From assembly GCA_017472325.1 (NCBI GenBank), contig JAFUQM010000058.1, positions 6,003 to 70,002 of the forward strand: a stretch of 64,000 nt of DNA, written 5' to 3'. Below, in pieces: positions 37,320 through 46,327 of this stretch (positions are counted from its first letter, which is position 1; each line of letters begins with the position of its first letter). The notes beneath the pieces were generated by a model. That model saw only the letters and a list, made by a program, of their open reading frames with translations. It was not told the origin of the DNA and made no database searches. Position numbers and translations under genes: made by a program. This DNA is from Lachnospiraceae bacterium. GTDB lineage: Bacteria; Bacillota; Clostridia; Lachnospirales; Lachnospiraceae.

Positions 37320-38207
37320 ATGGCAATTTTTACAGGAGCAGGCGTTGCAATTACAACACCATTTAAAACAAACGGAGATATCGATTACGAAAAATTTGCG
37401 CAGCAGATAGAATATCAGATTGCAAATGAAACAGATGCAATTATTGTATGTGGTACAACAGGAGAAGCATCTACACTATCTCATGAAGAACATTTAGATG
37501 CAATCCGTTTCTGTGTAAAACAGGTAGATGGAAGAATTCCTGTGATTGCAGGAACAGGTTCTAACTGTACAGAGACTGCAATTTATTTATCTACAGAGGC
37601 TGAGAAAGCAGGAGCAGACGCTCTTTTGGTTGTAACACCATATTATAACAAAGCAACACAGAAAGGTTTGATTGAACACTTTACTATGGTTGCAGAATCC
37701 GTAAAGGTACCTATTATTTTATATAACGTACCAGGCAGAACAGGCTGTAACATTATGCCTGAAACAGCTGTTACACTGGCAAAAAATGTAGAGAATATCG
37801 TAGCAATCAAAGAAGCAAGTGGCAATATTTCACAGGTGGCAAAATTGGCACATCTGGCAGATGGATGTATTGATATTTATTCTGGTAATGATGACCAGAT
37901 TGTTCCTCTCTTATCTTTGGGTGGTCTTGGTGTTATTTCTGTATTATCTAATGTTGCGCCAAAACAGACACATGATATTGTAGCAGAATATCTGGCAGGC
38001 AATACCTCAAAGAGTATGCAGATTCAGTTGGCTGCGATTCCTCTGTGTGATGCATTATTCTGTGAAGTAAATCCAATTCCTGTAAAAAAAGCAGTTGAAT
38101 TACAGGGAAGAGATTCAGGAGTGCTGCGTCGTCCTTTAACAGAAATGGATGCGGCAAACGTACCAAAATTAGAAAAAGCAATGAAAGAATTTGGAGTGCT
38201 TGCATAA
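37320..38207 (+). CDS. dapA: 4-hydroxy-tetrahydrodipicolinate synthase
   Basis: Motifs GTTGE, YNKAT, YNVPGRT and the active-site Lys block AIKEASG. Confidence 0.95.
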   Translation: MAIFTGAGVAITTPFKTNGDIDYEKFAQQIEYQIANETDAIIVCGTTGEASTLSHEEHLDAIRFCVKQVDGRIPVIAGTGSNCTETAIYLSTEAEKAGADALLVVTPYYNKATQKGLIEHFTMVAESVKVPIILYNVPGRTGCNIMPETAVTLAKNVENIVAIKEASGNISQVAKLAHLADGCIDIYSGNDDQIVPLLSLGGLGVISVLSNVAPKQTHDIVAEYLAGNTSKSMQIQLAAIPLCDALFCEVNPIPVKKAVELQGRDSGVLRRPLTEMDAANVPKLEKAMKEFGVLA

Positions 38208-38226
38208 GCGCGGAAATGAGGAAATC

Positions 38227-38988
38227 ATGACAAAAGTAATTATGCATGGCTGTAATGGTAAAATGGGTCAAGTGATTACAGGCCTGATTGCAGCAGATGA
38301 AGAAATAGAAATCGTAGCAGGTATTGATGCTTATGATGGCATTCAGAATACCTATCCGGTTTTTACAGATATTACAAAATGTGATGTAGAGGCAGATGCT
38401 ATTATTGATTTTGCGGCTGCAGCAGCCGTAGATGGACTGCTTGATTATTGTGTGGCAAGGCAAATTCCATGTGTGCTTTGTACAACAGGACTTTCAGAAG
38501 AACAGCTTGCCAAAGTAGAAGAGGCTTCTAAAAAAGTCGCAATTTTAAAATCAGCCAATATGTCACTTGGTATTAATATGCTGTTAAAAATATTAAAAGA
38601 AGCAACAGCGATTCTTGCACCAGCAGGATTTGATATTGAAATTGTTGAAAAACACCACAATTTGAAAGTGGACGCACCAAGTGGAACAGCACTTGCCCTT
38701 GCTGATTCTATCAATGAAGAATTAAACAATGAATATGAATATAAATATGACAGAAGCACAGAACGTGTGAAAAGACCACAAAAAGAAATTGGTATTGCAG
38801 CGGTTCGTGGTGGTACAATTGTGGGTGACCATGATGTTATTTTTGCAGGTGCCGATGAGGTGATTACATTCTCGCATAGAGCATATTCTAAGGCGGTCTT
38901 TGGAAAAGGTGTAATACAGGCGGCAAAATTTTTGAAAGGTAAACCAGCAGGTTTGTATCAGATGAGTCATGTCATTGATGGTGAATAA
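38227..38988 (+). CDS. dapB: 4-hydroxy-tetrahydrodipicolinate reductase
   Basis: Start at MTKVIMHGCNGKMG (ATG 38227). EKHHNLKVDAPSGTA signature. Confidence 0.93.
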   Translation: MTKVIMHGCNGKMGQVITGLIAADEEIEIVAGIDAYDGIQNTYPVFTDITKCDVEADAIIDFAAAAAVDGLLDYCVARQIPCVLCTTGLSEEQLAKVEEASKKVAILKSANMSLGINMLLKILKEATAILAPAGFDIEIVEKHHNLKVDAPSGTALALADSINEELNNEYEYKYDRSTERVKRPQKEIGIAAVRGGTIVGDHDVIFAGADEVITFSHRAYSKAVFGKGVIQAAKFLKGKPAGLYQMSHVIDGE

Positions 38989-39005
38989 TCATAACGGAGG
39001 ATTTT

Positions 39006-40964
39006 ATGGGGAATATTGAATTAAAGTACTTAAAAATTCTCGCAAAACAGTATCCGACAATTGCAGCAGCATCTACGGAGATTATTAACTTACAGGCAAT
39101 TTTGAACTTGCCAAAGGGAACAGAACATTTTCTAACAGATATACATGGAGAATACGAGCAGTTCAATCATGTTATAAAAAATGCGTCTGGTGCTGTCCGT
39201 GGTAAAATTGATGAGGAATTTGGCAATAGTTTAAGCAGCAAAGATAAAAGAAGTCTTGCAACACTTATCTATTACCCACAGGAAAAGCTGGAGATTGTAA
39301 TGCAGGAGGAAGAGAATCTGGAGGACTGGTATAAGATTACTTTATATCGTCTCGTGCAGATTACCAAAAGAGTATCTTCCAAATATACGCGTTCTAAGGT
39401 AAGAAAGGCACTTCCGCCAGACTTTGCGTATATTATTGATGAGTTAATTACAGAGAAGGCAGAGATAGAAGATAAAGAAGCTTACTATAATGAGATTATT
39501 CATACGATTATCAGGATTGACAGAGCACCAGAGTTTATCGTTGCATTAAGTAATCTGATACAGCGTTTGGTTGTAGACCATTTGCATATTGTTGGTGATA
39601 TTTATGACAGAGGTCCAGGACCACATATTATTATGGACACGCTTCGCAAGCATCATTCTGTAGATGTACAGTGGGGCAATCATGACATTGTATGGATGGG
39701 GGCAGCGAGTGGACATCTTGCCTGCATCGCAAATGTAATCCGTATGTCAGCGCGGTATGGTAATCTGGATACTTTGGAAGAAGGGTATGGTATCAACTTA
39801 ATCCCGCTTGCAACATTTGCGCTAGAAACCTATGCAGATGTAAACTGTGACAGGTTTACTATCAAATTCAATACAGACTATAATACGAAGGATTTAAGTC
39901 TGGACATGAAAATGCACAAAGCAATGACCATTATCCAGTTAAAACTGGAAGGGCAGCTTATTATGCGCAGACCAGAATTTGGTATGAAAGACAGACTGTT
40001 GTTGGATAAGATTGATTATGAGAATAAAACAGTTACCATTGATGGTGTTGTATATGAGATGAATGATACGGAATTTCCTACTGTGGATCCGAACAATCCA
40101 TATGATTTAACCTCCGAAGAGGAATTGGTGATGGAACGTATCCGCCAGGCATTTGTTTCTTGTGAAAAATTGCAGAAGCATGTACGTTTTCTGTTTGCCA
40201 AAGGTAGTCTTTATAAAGTACACAATTCCAATTTGCTTTATCATGGTTGTGTACCAATGGATGAAAATGGCGTATTTAGTAAAGTAAATGTTTATGGTAA
40301 AGAGTACAGCGGTAAGGCTTTGTATGACATTCTTGATAGCTATGCGAGAAAAGGATATTATTCCAATCAGGATATCGGTGAGAAGTTAAAAGGACAAGAT
40401 ATTATCTGGTATATTTGGTCTGGTCCAAACTCGCCAGTGTTTGGTAAAGATAAGATGGCAACCTTTGAACGCTATTTTGTTAAGGATAAGCAGGCGCATG
40501 TAGAGACCAAAAACAGCTATTACCGTTTGCTTGACAATGAAGAGGTTGTAAAAAATATTCTCAAGGAATTTGGTCTTGATAATGAACATTCCCACATTGT
40601 AAATGGACATGTGCCGGTAGAACTAAAAAAAGGTGACACTCCAATCAAATGTGGCGGTAAGTTGTTAATCATAGACGGTGGATTCTCAAAAGCATACCAA
40701 GGTAAAACAGGAATTGCGGGTTATACATTGATATCTAATTCGCATGGGGTACGCCTGGTAGCACATGAACCATTTGAATCTATGGAAGCGGCTATCAAAA
40801 AAGAATCTGATATTTTCCAGGAGTCTATCACTGTTGAGACAAGAAAGCATAGACAGAGAGTAGCTGATACGGATATCGGTGAAGAATTGAAGGAAAGTAT
40901 TTACGAATTAGAAGAATTACTGAAGGCCTATAGAGAAGGTTTATTAAGCGAAAAAGGAATTTAA
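39006..40964 (+). CDS. fbp: Fructose-1,6-bisphosphatase, class 3
   Basis: About 650 aa with an N-terminus YLKILAKQYPT... and the metallophosphatase blocks LHIVGDIYDRGP and GNHD, typical of the Firmicute class III FBPase. Confidence 0.9.
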   Translation: MGNIELKYLKILAKQYPTIAAASTEIINLQAILNLPKGTEHFLTDIHGEYEQFNHVIKNASGAVRGKIDEEFGNSLSSKDKRSLATLIYYPQEKLEIVMQEEENLEDWYKITLYRLVQITKRVSSKYTRSKVRKALPPDFAYIIDELITEKAEIEDKEAYYNEIIHTIIRIDRAPEFIVALSNLIQRLVVDHLHIVGDIYDRGPGPHIIMDTLRKHHSVDVQWGNHDIVWMGAASGHLACIANVIRMSARYGNLDTLEEGYGINLIPLATFALETYADVNCDRFTIKFNTDYNTKDLSLDMKMHKAMTIIQLKLEGQLIMRRPEFGMKDRLLLDKIDYENKTVTIDGVVYEMNDTEFPTVDPNNPYDLTSEEELVMERIRQAFVSCEKLQKHVRFLFAKGSLYKVHNSNLLYHGCVPMDENGVFSKVNVYGKEYSGKALYDILDSYARKGYYSNQDIGEKLKGQDIIWYIWSGPNSPVFGKDKMATFERYFVKDKQAHVETKNSYYRLLDNEEVVKNILKEFGLDNEHSHIVNGHVPVELKKGDTPIKCGGKLLIIDGGFSKAYQGKTGIAGYTLISNSHGVRLVAHEPFESMEAAIKKESDIFQESITVETRKHRQRVADTDIGEELKESIYELEELLKAYREGLLSEKGI

Positions 40965-40973
40965 GATGAAATA

Positions 40974-41041
40974 AGGAGCTATGATATTGATATGCACCTG
41001 CCAGCTAGACAGCGTACATATTAGCATCTATAGCTCCTTTT
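40974..41041. terminator. Bidirectional hairpin between fbp and the N/T-rich lipoprotein gene
   Basis: AAGGAGCTAT...ATAGCTCCTT outer stem with imperfect inner pairing, then TTTTG. Confidence 0.5.
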
Positions 41042-41110
41042 GTGTCCAATAAGCCGGCTCGTCAAACGTGCCGGCGTTTGGTGGTATCTGTTTTGGAAAG
41101 TTACAGTAAA

Positions 41111-41560
41111 TTAGCGGTTGTTAGTTCCCATTACATCATCAGCCACATTTTTTACACCATCAGCTACGTCATTTACGACATCCCCTACTGCTTCACCAGC
41201 ATCACTCATGATGCTACCGTCGCCTGTCATATTGGTATCGTTTTGGATTGTATTATCAGAAGTGGTATCATTTGTAGTAGCGTCTGTTGTTTGGTTCGTA
41301 TTTGCCGCATTGTCAGTGGCAGGTGTGTTGGTTGTACCATTGGCATTGTCTGTACCATAGGCATTGTCTGTACCATTTGTTGCATTTGTGTCATTGGTAT
41401 CGTTTGTAGTATTTGTTGTCGCATTATTTGCAGTGCCATTTGTGCCATTTGTACCCGTTGTATTATTCGCAGTACCGTTGTCGTTACGACCACAAGCAGT
41501 AAGACAGCAGATAGCAAGTACAGTCAGGGATACTGCAAGCATTTTTCTAAGCTTTCTCAT
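41111..41560 (-). CDS. Small secreted lipoprotein with an N/T/D-rich low-complexity core
   Basis: Signal peptide plus lipobox LTAC. About 90 aa of NGT/NTT/NDT repeats follow. The C-terminal segment reads GEAVGDVVNDVADGVKNVADDV. RBS AAGGAGAA. Confidence 0.7.
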   Translation of the reverse strand: MRKLRKMLAVSLTVLAICCLTACGRNDNGTANNTTGTNGTNGTANNATTNTTNDTNDTNATNGTDNAYGTDNANGTTNTPATDNAANTNQTTDATTNDTTSDNTIQNDTNMTGDGSIMSDAGEAVGDVVNDVADGVKNVADDVMGTNNR

Positions 41561-41808
41561 AATATTCTCCTTTTCCTTGAATTCTTAAATTGTGTAATAA
41601 AATAAAAACAGAAATGTGTTTTCGATACTAGTGTGTGCAGTGAAAAATTTTTTATACAAAACGGAAATAGAAAATTCATAAAAAATAATAAATTGAATAA
41701 TGTTAAAAATTGAATAATGTTAAAAATTGGTGTAGTATGAGTGAAGATGAACCTTTGATAATATTGATGAGAGACAGGAAATCTTAGATAGTAGGAAGGG
41801 AACAAAGC

Positions 41809-42588
41809 ATGGAATTCAGACCTTGTATTGATATACATAATGGAAAAGTAAAGCAAATTGTAGGCGGAACATTAAAGGATGAGGGAAACAAGGCAGCAGA
41901 AAATTTTGTTTCTCAAATGGATGCTGCCTATTATGCAGAATTTTACAAAAAAAATGGTATTCGGGGAGGACATATTATTTTACTGAATGCAGCAGACAGC
42001 GAATACTATGAAGCAACAAAGGAACAGGCGTTAATGGCACTTAGAGCTTATCCAGGTGGATTGCAGATAGGCGGTGGTATAACTGCAGAGAATGCGCAGG
42101 AATATTTGGATGCGGGAGCTTCCCATGTCATCGTAACTTCCTATGTCTTTAAAGATGGTAAAATAAATTATGAAAATTTGCATAAATTATATGAGAAGGT
42201 TGGAAAAAAACAGCTCGTCTTAGATGTAAGCTGCCGCAAAAAAGATGGAATGTATTATATTGTGACCGATAGGTGGCAGAAATATACAGACGTTGTTTTA
42301 TCGCATGAGACACTGGATATGCTTTCAGAATATTGCGATGAATTTTTGATTCATGCTGTGGATGTAGAAGGAAAAGCACAGGGAATAGAAATGGAGCTGG
42401 CAACGCTGCTTGGTGACTGGAATAAAATTACAATGACGTATGCGGGCGGTGTCCATTCGTTTGAAGACATGGAGAAGCTGCGATGTGCAGGACATAATAA
42501 AATTCACGTAACAATTGGCAGTGCGCTGGATTTGTTCGGTGGAACAATGGCATTTCAGGATGTATTAGAATATATAAGAGAAGAGTGA
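41809..42588 (+). CDS. HisA-like (His6/eukaryotic-type) ProFAR isomerase family protein
   Basis: MEFRPCIDIHNGKVKQIVGG start, a (beta/alpha)8 pattern, and GGLQIGGGI and YAGGV phosphate-binding loops. No other his genes are nearby. Confidence 0.65.
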   Translation: MEFRPCIDIHNGKVKQIVGGTLKDEGNKAAENFVSQMDAAYYAEFYKKNGIRGGHIILLNAADSEYYEATKEQALMALRAYPGGLQIGGGITAENAQEYLDAGASHVIVTSYVFKDGKINYENLHKLYEKVGKKQLVLDVSCRKKDGMYYIVTDRWQKYTDVVLSHETLDMLSEYCDEFLIHAVDVEGKAQGIEMELATLLGDWNKITMTYAGGVHSFEDMEKLRCAGHNKIHVTIGSALDLFGGTMAFQDVLEYIREE

Positions 42589-42592
42589 TATT

Positions 42593-43933
42593 GTGAATCA
42601 GGAAGAAAAATTTATTTATATGACGCAAACGCCAATTCCCAGACTTGTGACATCGCTTGCTGCACCAACCATTGTAAGTATGTTGATTACAAGTTTTTAT
42701 AATATGGCGGATACCTTTTTTGTAGGTAAGATTAACACATCTGCTACTGCAGCAGTTGGTGTTGTCTTTTCGTTAATGGCACTGATACAGGCGGTTGGAT
42801 TTTTCTGTGGACATGGGTCAGGTAACTATATTTCGAGAAAATTAGGAGAAAAGCAAATAGAAGATGCTTCCAAAATGGCAGCAACGGGATTTTTTTTGGC
42901 GCTGTTTCTTGGATGCGCCATTATGATTTTAGGACTTGTGTTTTTAGAACCACTAGCCTATCTATTAGGGTCTACAGATACGATTTTGCCCTACGCAAAA
43001 GAGTATTTGCGAATTATTCTGTTGGGAGCGCCATATATGACAGCGTCACTGGTTTTAAATAATCAGATGCGGTTTCAAGGAAGCGCGGCATATGCTATGT
43101 TAGGCATTGTCTCAGGGGCTGTGTTAAATATTGGGCTTGATCCGTTGTTTATTTTTGTATTTGATATGGGTGTGTCAGGTGCAGCGTTGGCAACAATTAT
43201 TAGTCAGTTGGTTGGATTTTTGCTCTTGTTAATCGGAATAAAAAAGAGTGGAAATCTGAAAATCAGATGGAAGAATTTTTCATTCAATCAATATTATTTG
43301 GAACAGATATTTCAGGGCGGTATTCCATCACTTTGCAGACAAGGCTTGGCAAGTGTGAGCGCGGTAGTATTAAATCATGCAGCAGGTGGTTTTGGCGATG
43401 CAGCAATTGCAGGTATGTCGATTGTGTCCCGAGTTAGTATGTTTGCCAATTCAGCATTGATTGGATTTGGGCAGGGATTTCAGCCGGTATGTGGATTTAA
43501 TTATGGAGCGAAGTTATATCATAGGGTGCGAGAGGCATTTTGGTTTTGTGTAAAATATGCGGCAATTTTTCTCGTGTTTGTTTCTGCGATTGGAATTGTA
43601 TTTGCACCACAGACAATAGCGCTCTTTAGAAAGGATGATATAGAAGTCATTGAAATAGGTACTTATGCGATGCGTATGGTGTGGTTTACCTTTCCACTTG
43701 GTGCATGGATTGTATTGTGCAATATGCTGTTACAGTCTTGTGGCAAAGCATTGTCTGCCTCAATACTTTCGTCAGCCAGACAAGGACTATTTTTTATACC
43801 GATTTTGTTAATAACGTCGTATGCAATGGGACTGCGCGGAATTCAGATGAGCCAGTCGATTGCCGATATTTGTACATTTATTCTGGCGATACCACTGACT
43901 GTAAGATTTTTAAAAGAAATCAAGCAGGAATAG
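42593..43933 (+). CDS. MATE-family efflux transporter
   Basis: 12-TM profile with an N-terminal P.L.....P...SML....YN.ADT.FVG motif. The start is ambiguous (GTG 42593 or ATG 42620). Confidence 0.85.
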   Translation: MNQEEKFIYMTQTPIPRLVTSLAAPTIVSMLITSFYNMADTFFVGKINTSATAAVGVVFSLMALIQAVGFFCGHGSGNYISRKLGEKQIEDASKMAATGFFLALFLGCAIMILGLVFLEPLAYLLGSTDTILPYAKEYLRIILLGAPYMTASLVLNNQMRFQGSAAYAMLGIVSGAVLNIGLDPLFIFVFDMGVSGAALATIISQLVGFLLLLIGIKKSGNLKIRWKNFSFNQYYLEQIFQGGIPSLCRQGLASVSAVVLNHAAGGFGDAAIAGMSIVSRVSMFANSALIGFGQGFQPVCGFNYGAKLYHRVREAFWFCVKYAAIFLVFVSAIGIVFAPQTIALFRKDDIEVIEIGTYAMRMVWFTFPLGAWIVLCNMLLQSCGKALSASILSSARQGLFFIPILLITSYAMGLRGIQMSQSIADICTFILAIPLTVRFLKEIKQE

Positions 43934-43977
43934 AATTGCAGTGTAAAGAGACTTTGCGAGCCAGTTTACTTTAAATA

Positions 43978-44014
43978 AAAAGGGAGTATTGCATTATGGT
44001 GCAACACTCCCTTT
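43978..44014. terminator. Bidirectional terminator between the MATE gene and csp
   Basis: AAAGGGAGT-ATTGCA/TGCAAC-ACTCCCTTT hairpin with flanking A/T tracts. Confidence 0.7.
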
Positions 44015-44116
44015 CTCTTAATCCGTTAAAACAATACTGCGTATTTCCAAATAAAAACAAGTTTTATATTAAAAAAGGCACATCGAAAAACTGATTAAAA
44101 TGCGTTATAAGATTTC

Positions 44117-44314
44117 TTATAACTTAACTACGTTTACAGCCTGAGGTCCTTTTTCTCCGTTTACAACTTCGAATTCAACAGAAGCGCCTTCTTCTAAAGA
44201 CTTGAAACCTTCCATCTGTAAGCCTGAGTAGTGTACGAATACATCATTGCCTGATTCGTCAGAGATGAATCCGTAACCTTTTTGGTTGTTAAACCATTTA
44301 ACTGTACCTTGCAT
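44117..44314 (-). CDS. Cold-shock protein (CspA family)
   Basis: [17 protein letters not shown] (RNP1) and VFVHYS (RNP2) in a 65-aa protein. Confidence 0.95.
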   Translation of the reverse strand: MQGTVKWFNNQKGYGFISDESGNDVFVHYSGLQMEGFKSLEEGASVEFEVVNGEKGPQAVNVVKL

Positions 44315-44514
44315 TGTGATACCTCCAAAAAATAAATATATGTTGCTTTACGCAACATGGTTAGCATACCACAAGTGTATACAAAAGTAAAGAAAGAAAA
44401 AGGAAAATATTCCAAAAACTTTAGATTCTATGCTATACTCAGAACAGAAAAAAGGGTGAAAAAGTTTGCCTATGTGATAGAAAAAAATGCAATAGAAGAA
44501 AGGTAGCTATTTCG

Positions 44515-45033
44515 ATGGATGGAGATAACAGAAGAACACAGATTCTTGCGATATTAGAAAAGAATACACAGCCGCTGTCAGGTACCGAACTTGCAGCACA
44601 ATTGGGTGTGAGCAGACAAATTATTGTGCAGGATATTGCTTTGCTGCGTGCAGTGAATAGAAATATTTTGTCTACTAACAGAGGATATGTGCTTTTGGCA
44701 AATGAAAAGCGTGATACCAAATTAAAAAAGATTGTAAAAGTAAAGCATACCGATGAACAGATAAAGGATGAGTTGTATACAATTGCAGACTGTGGAGGTC
44801 AGGTGCGTGATGTCGTAGTAGAGCATCCAATTTATGGACAAATTGCAGTGGATTTGATTATCAATAGTAGAAGAGATGCTGATATATTTGTGAAGCAGGT
44901 GGAAGAAAATGACACAAAGCCATTAAACAATTTAACAGATGGTGTACATTATCATACAATAGAAGCAGATTCAGAGCAGATATTAGAAGAAGTGGAAAAG
45001 TGCTTACAGGAAAAAGGATACTTGATTAATTGA
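44515..45033 (+). CDS. niaR: NiaR (YrxA)-type transcriptional repressor: HTH plus 3H domain
   Basis: N-terminal HTH (RR.QILAIL......LSG.ELA..LGVSRQIIVQDIALLRA). The C-terminal 3H domain has conserved His residues (VKH..., VEHP.YG and HYHTIEA). Confidence 0.82.
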   Translation: MDGDNRRTQILAILEKNTQPLSGTELAAQLGVSRQIIVQDIALLRAVNRNILSTNRGYVLLANEKRDTKLKKIVKVKHTDEQIKDELYTIADCGGQVRDVVVEHPIYGQIAVDLIINSRRDADIFVKQVEENDTKPLNNLTDGVHYHTIEADSEQILEEVEKCLQEKGYLIN

Positions 45034-45114
45034 GCAAAGTGTGCTACTCTTGCACTTAACTGACAAGACAGTTGTAAAGACAGTAATAAAGCGGTTATAT
45101 GAGGAGAGTATACA

Positions 45115-46182
45115 ATGAAAAAAGTAAAAAGTATATTAAAAGAAATTTTTATTGATGGTTTGAGTGGTATGGCATCTGGTCTTTTTGCAACACTCATTAT
45201 TGGTACGATAATTCAACAGATAGGCAATCTGATTCCAGGTGCAGTGGGTGAATATGTATTTATGATGGGTAAAATGGCAGCGGCTGTGACCGGAGCTGGA
45301 ATTGGCTGCGGCGTTGCAGTGAAATTTAAAGAAAGTCCACTTGTTGTATTGTCAGCAGCCGTGACCGGCATGACAGGTGCCTTTGCTAGTAAAATTATTG
45401 CAGGTACTGTCCTTATTGATGGCGCTACGGTGTTTGCTGGTCCAGGAGAACCACTAGGTGCGTTTGTTGCAGCCCTTGTTGGTATCTATGTAGGACGTCT
45501 TGTATCTGGTAAGACAAAAGTGGATATTTTGATTACGCCTCTTACGTGTATTGTATCAGGTGCAACAGTTGGTCTGATTTTTGGACCGCCAATTTCTGCG
45601 TTTATGACATGGCTTGGTACAGTTATTAACTGGGGTACGGAACAGGCTCCATTTCTCATGGGAATTATTGTATCTGTTTTAATGGGGATTATTCTGACAC
45701 TGCCTATTAGTTCTGCAGCGCTTGGAATTATTTTAAATCTTTCTGGTATTGCAGCAGGTGCGGCAACAGTTGGATGTTGTGCGAATATGGTTGGCTTTGC
45801 AGTTGCAAGCTATCGTGAAAATAAAGTGAATGGGTTGCTTGCACAAGGACTTGGCACAAGTATGCTGCAGATTGGTAATATTGTGAAAAAGCCAATTATC
45901 TGGCTCCCAGCAATTGTGGCAAGTGCTATTTTAGGTCCTGTTTCGACTATGGTACTGAAGATGACGAACAACGCAACGGGTTCTGGTATGGGAACGGCAG
46001 GTCTGGTAGGACAGATTACAACCTATCAGACGATGGTGGCAGAAGGTGTTTCACCAGTAGTTGTTTTAATAGAAATCATAGCGATGCATTTTGTGTTGCC
46101 AGCGCTTATTGCACTGGGTGTTTCTGAGTTTATGCGTAAGAAAAAATGGATTCAGGACGGAGATATGAAGCTGAATGTATAA
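45115..46182 (+). CDS. Polytopic membrane protein of the PTS-EIIC-like (PfoR/EIIC_2-type) family
   Basis: About 10 TM helices, rich in G/A/I. The N-terminus GLSGMASGLFATLIIGTIIQQIG resembles EIIC-like permeases. No EIIA or EIIB lies nearby. It follows niaR immediately. Confidence 0.55.
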   Translation: MKKVKSILKEIFIDGLSGMASGLFATLIIGTIIQQIGNLIPGAVGEYVFMMGKMAAAVTGAGIGCGVAVKFKESPLVVLSAAVTGMTGAFASKIIAGTVLIDGATVFAGPGEPLGAFVAALVGIYVGRLVSGKTKVDILITPLTCIVSGATVGLIFGPPISAFMTWLGTVINWGTEQAPFLMGIIVSVLMGIILTLPISSAALGIILNLSGIAAGAATVGCCANMVGFAVASYRENKVNGLLAQGLGTSMLQIGNIVKKPIIWLPAIVASAILGPVSTMVLKMTNNATGSGMGTAGLVGQITTYQTMVAEGVSPVVVLIEIIAMHFVLPALIALGVSEFMRKKKWIQDGDMKLNV

Positions 46183-46327
46183 TATCATTAAGGTAATTAC
46201 GTTAAGCGATTGACATTTTGGCAATCCTTCTTTCGTATCTGTTGCTTCTTGGAAGATGTGTTTTGTGAGAGAAGATATTATCGGAAGATAATTTGACTTT
46301 AAAAAGGTATCATGAGAGGAAAATGTT

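Noticed and set aside
41042-41605. Several long ORFs in other frames overlap the N/T-rich lipoprotein gene on both strands: 41042..41605 +, 41118..41360 +, 41364..41588 + and 41227..41517 -.
   Set aside because: They are artefacts of the low-complexity repeat composition, which leaves few stop codons. Their products are Cys/Val/Ile-rich nonsense peptides with no RBS. Only the minus-strand frame has a signal peptide, a lipobox and an SD.
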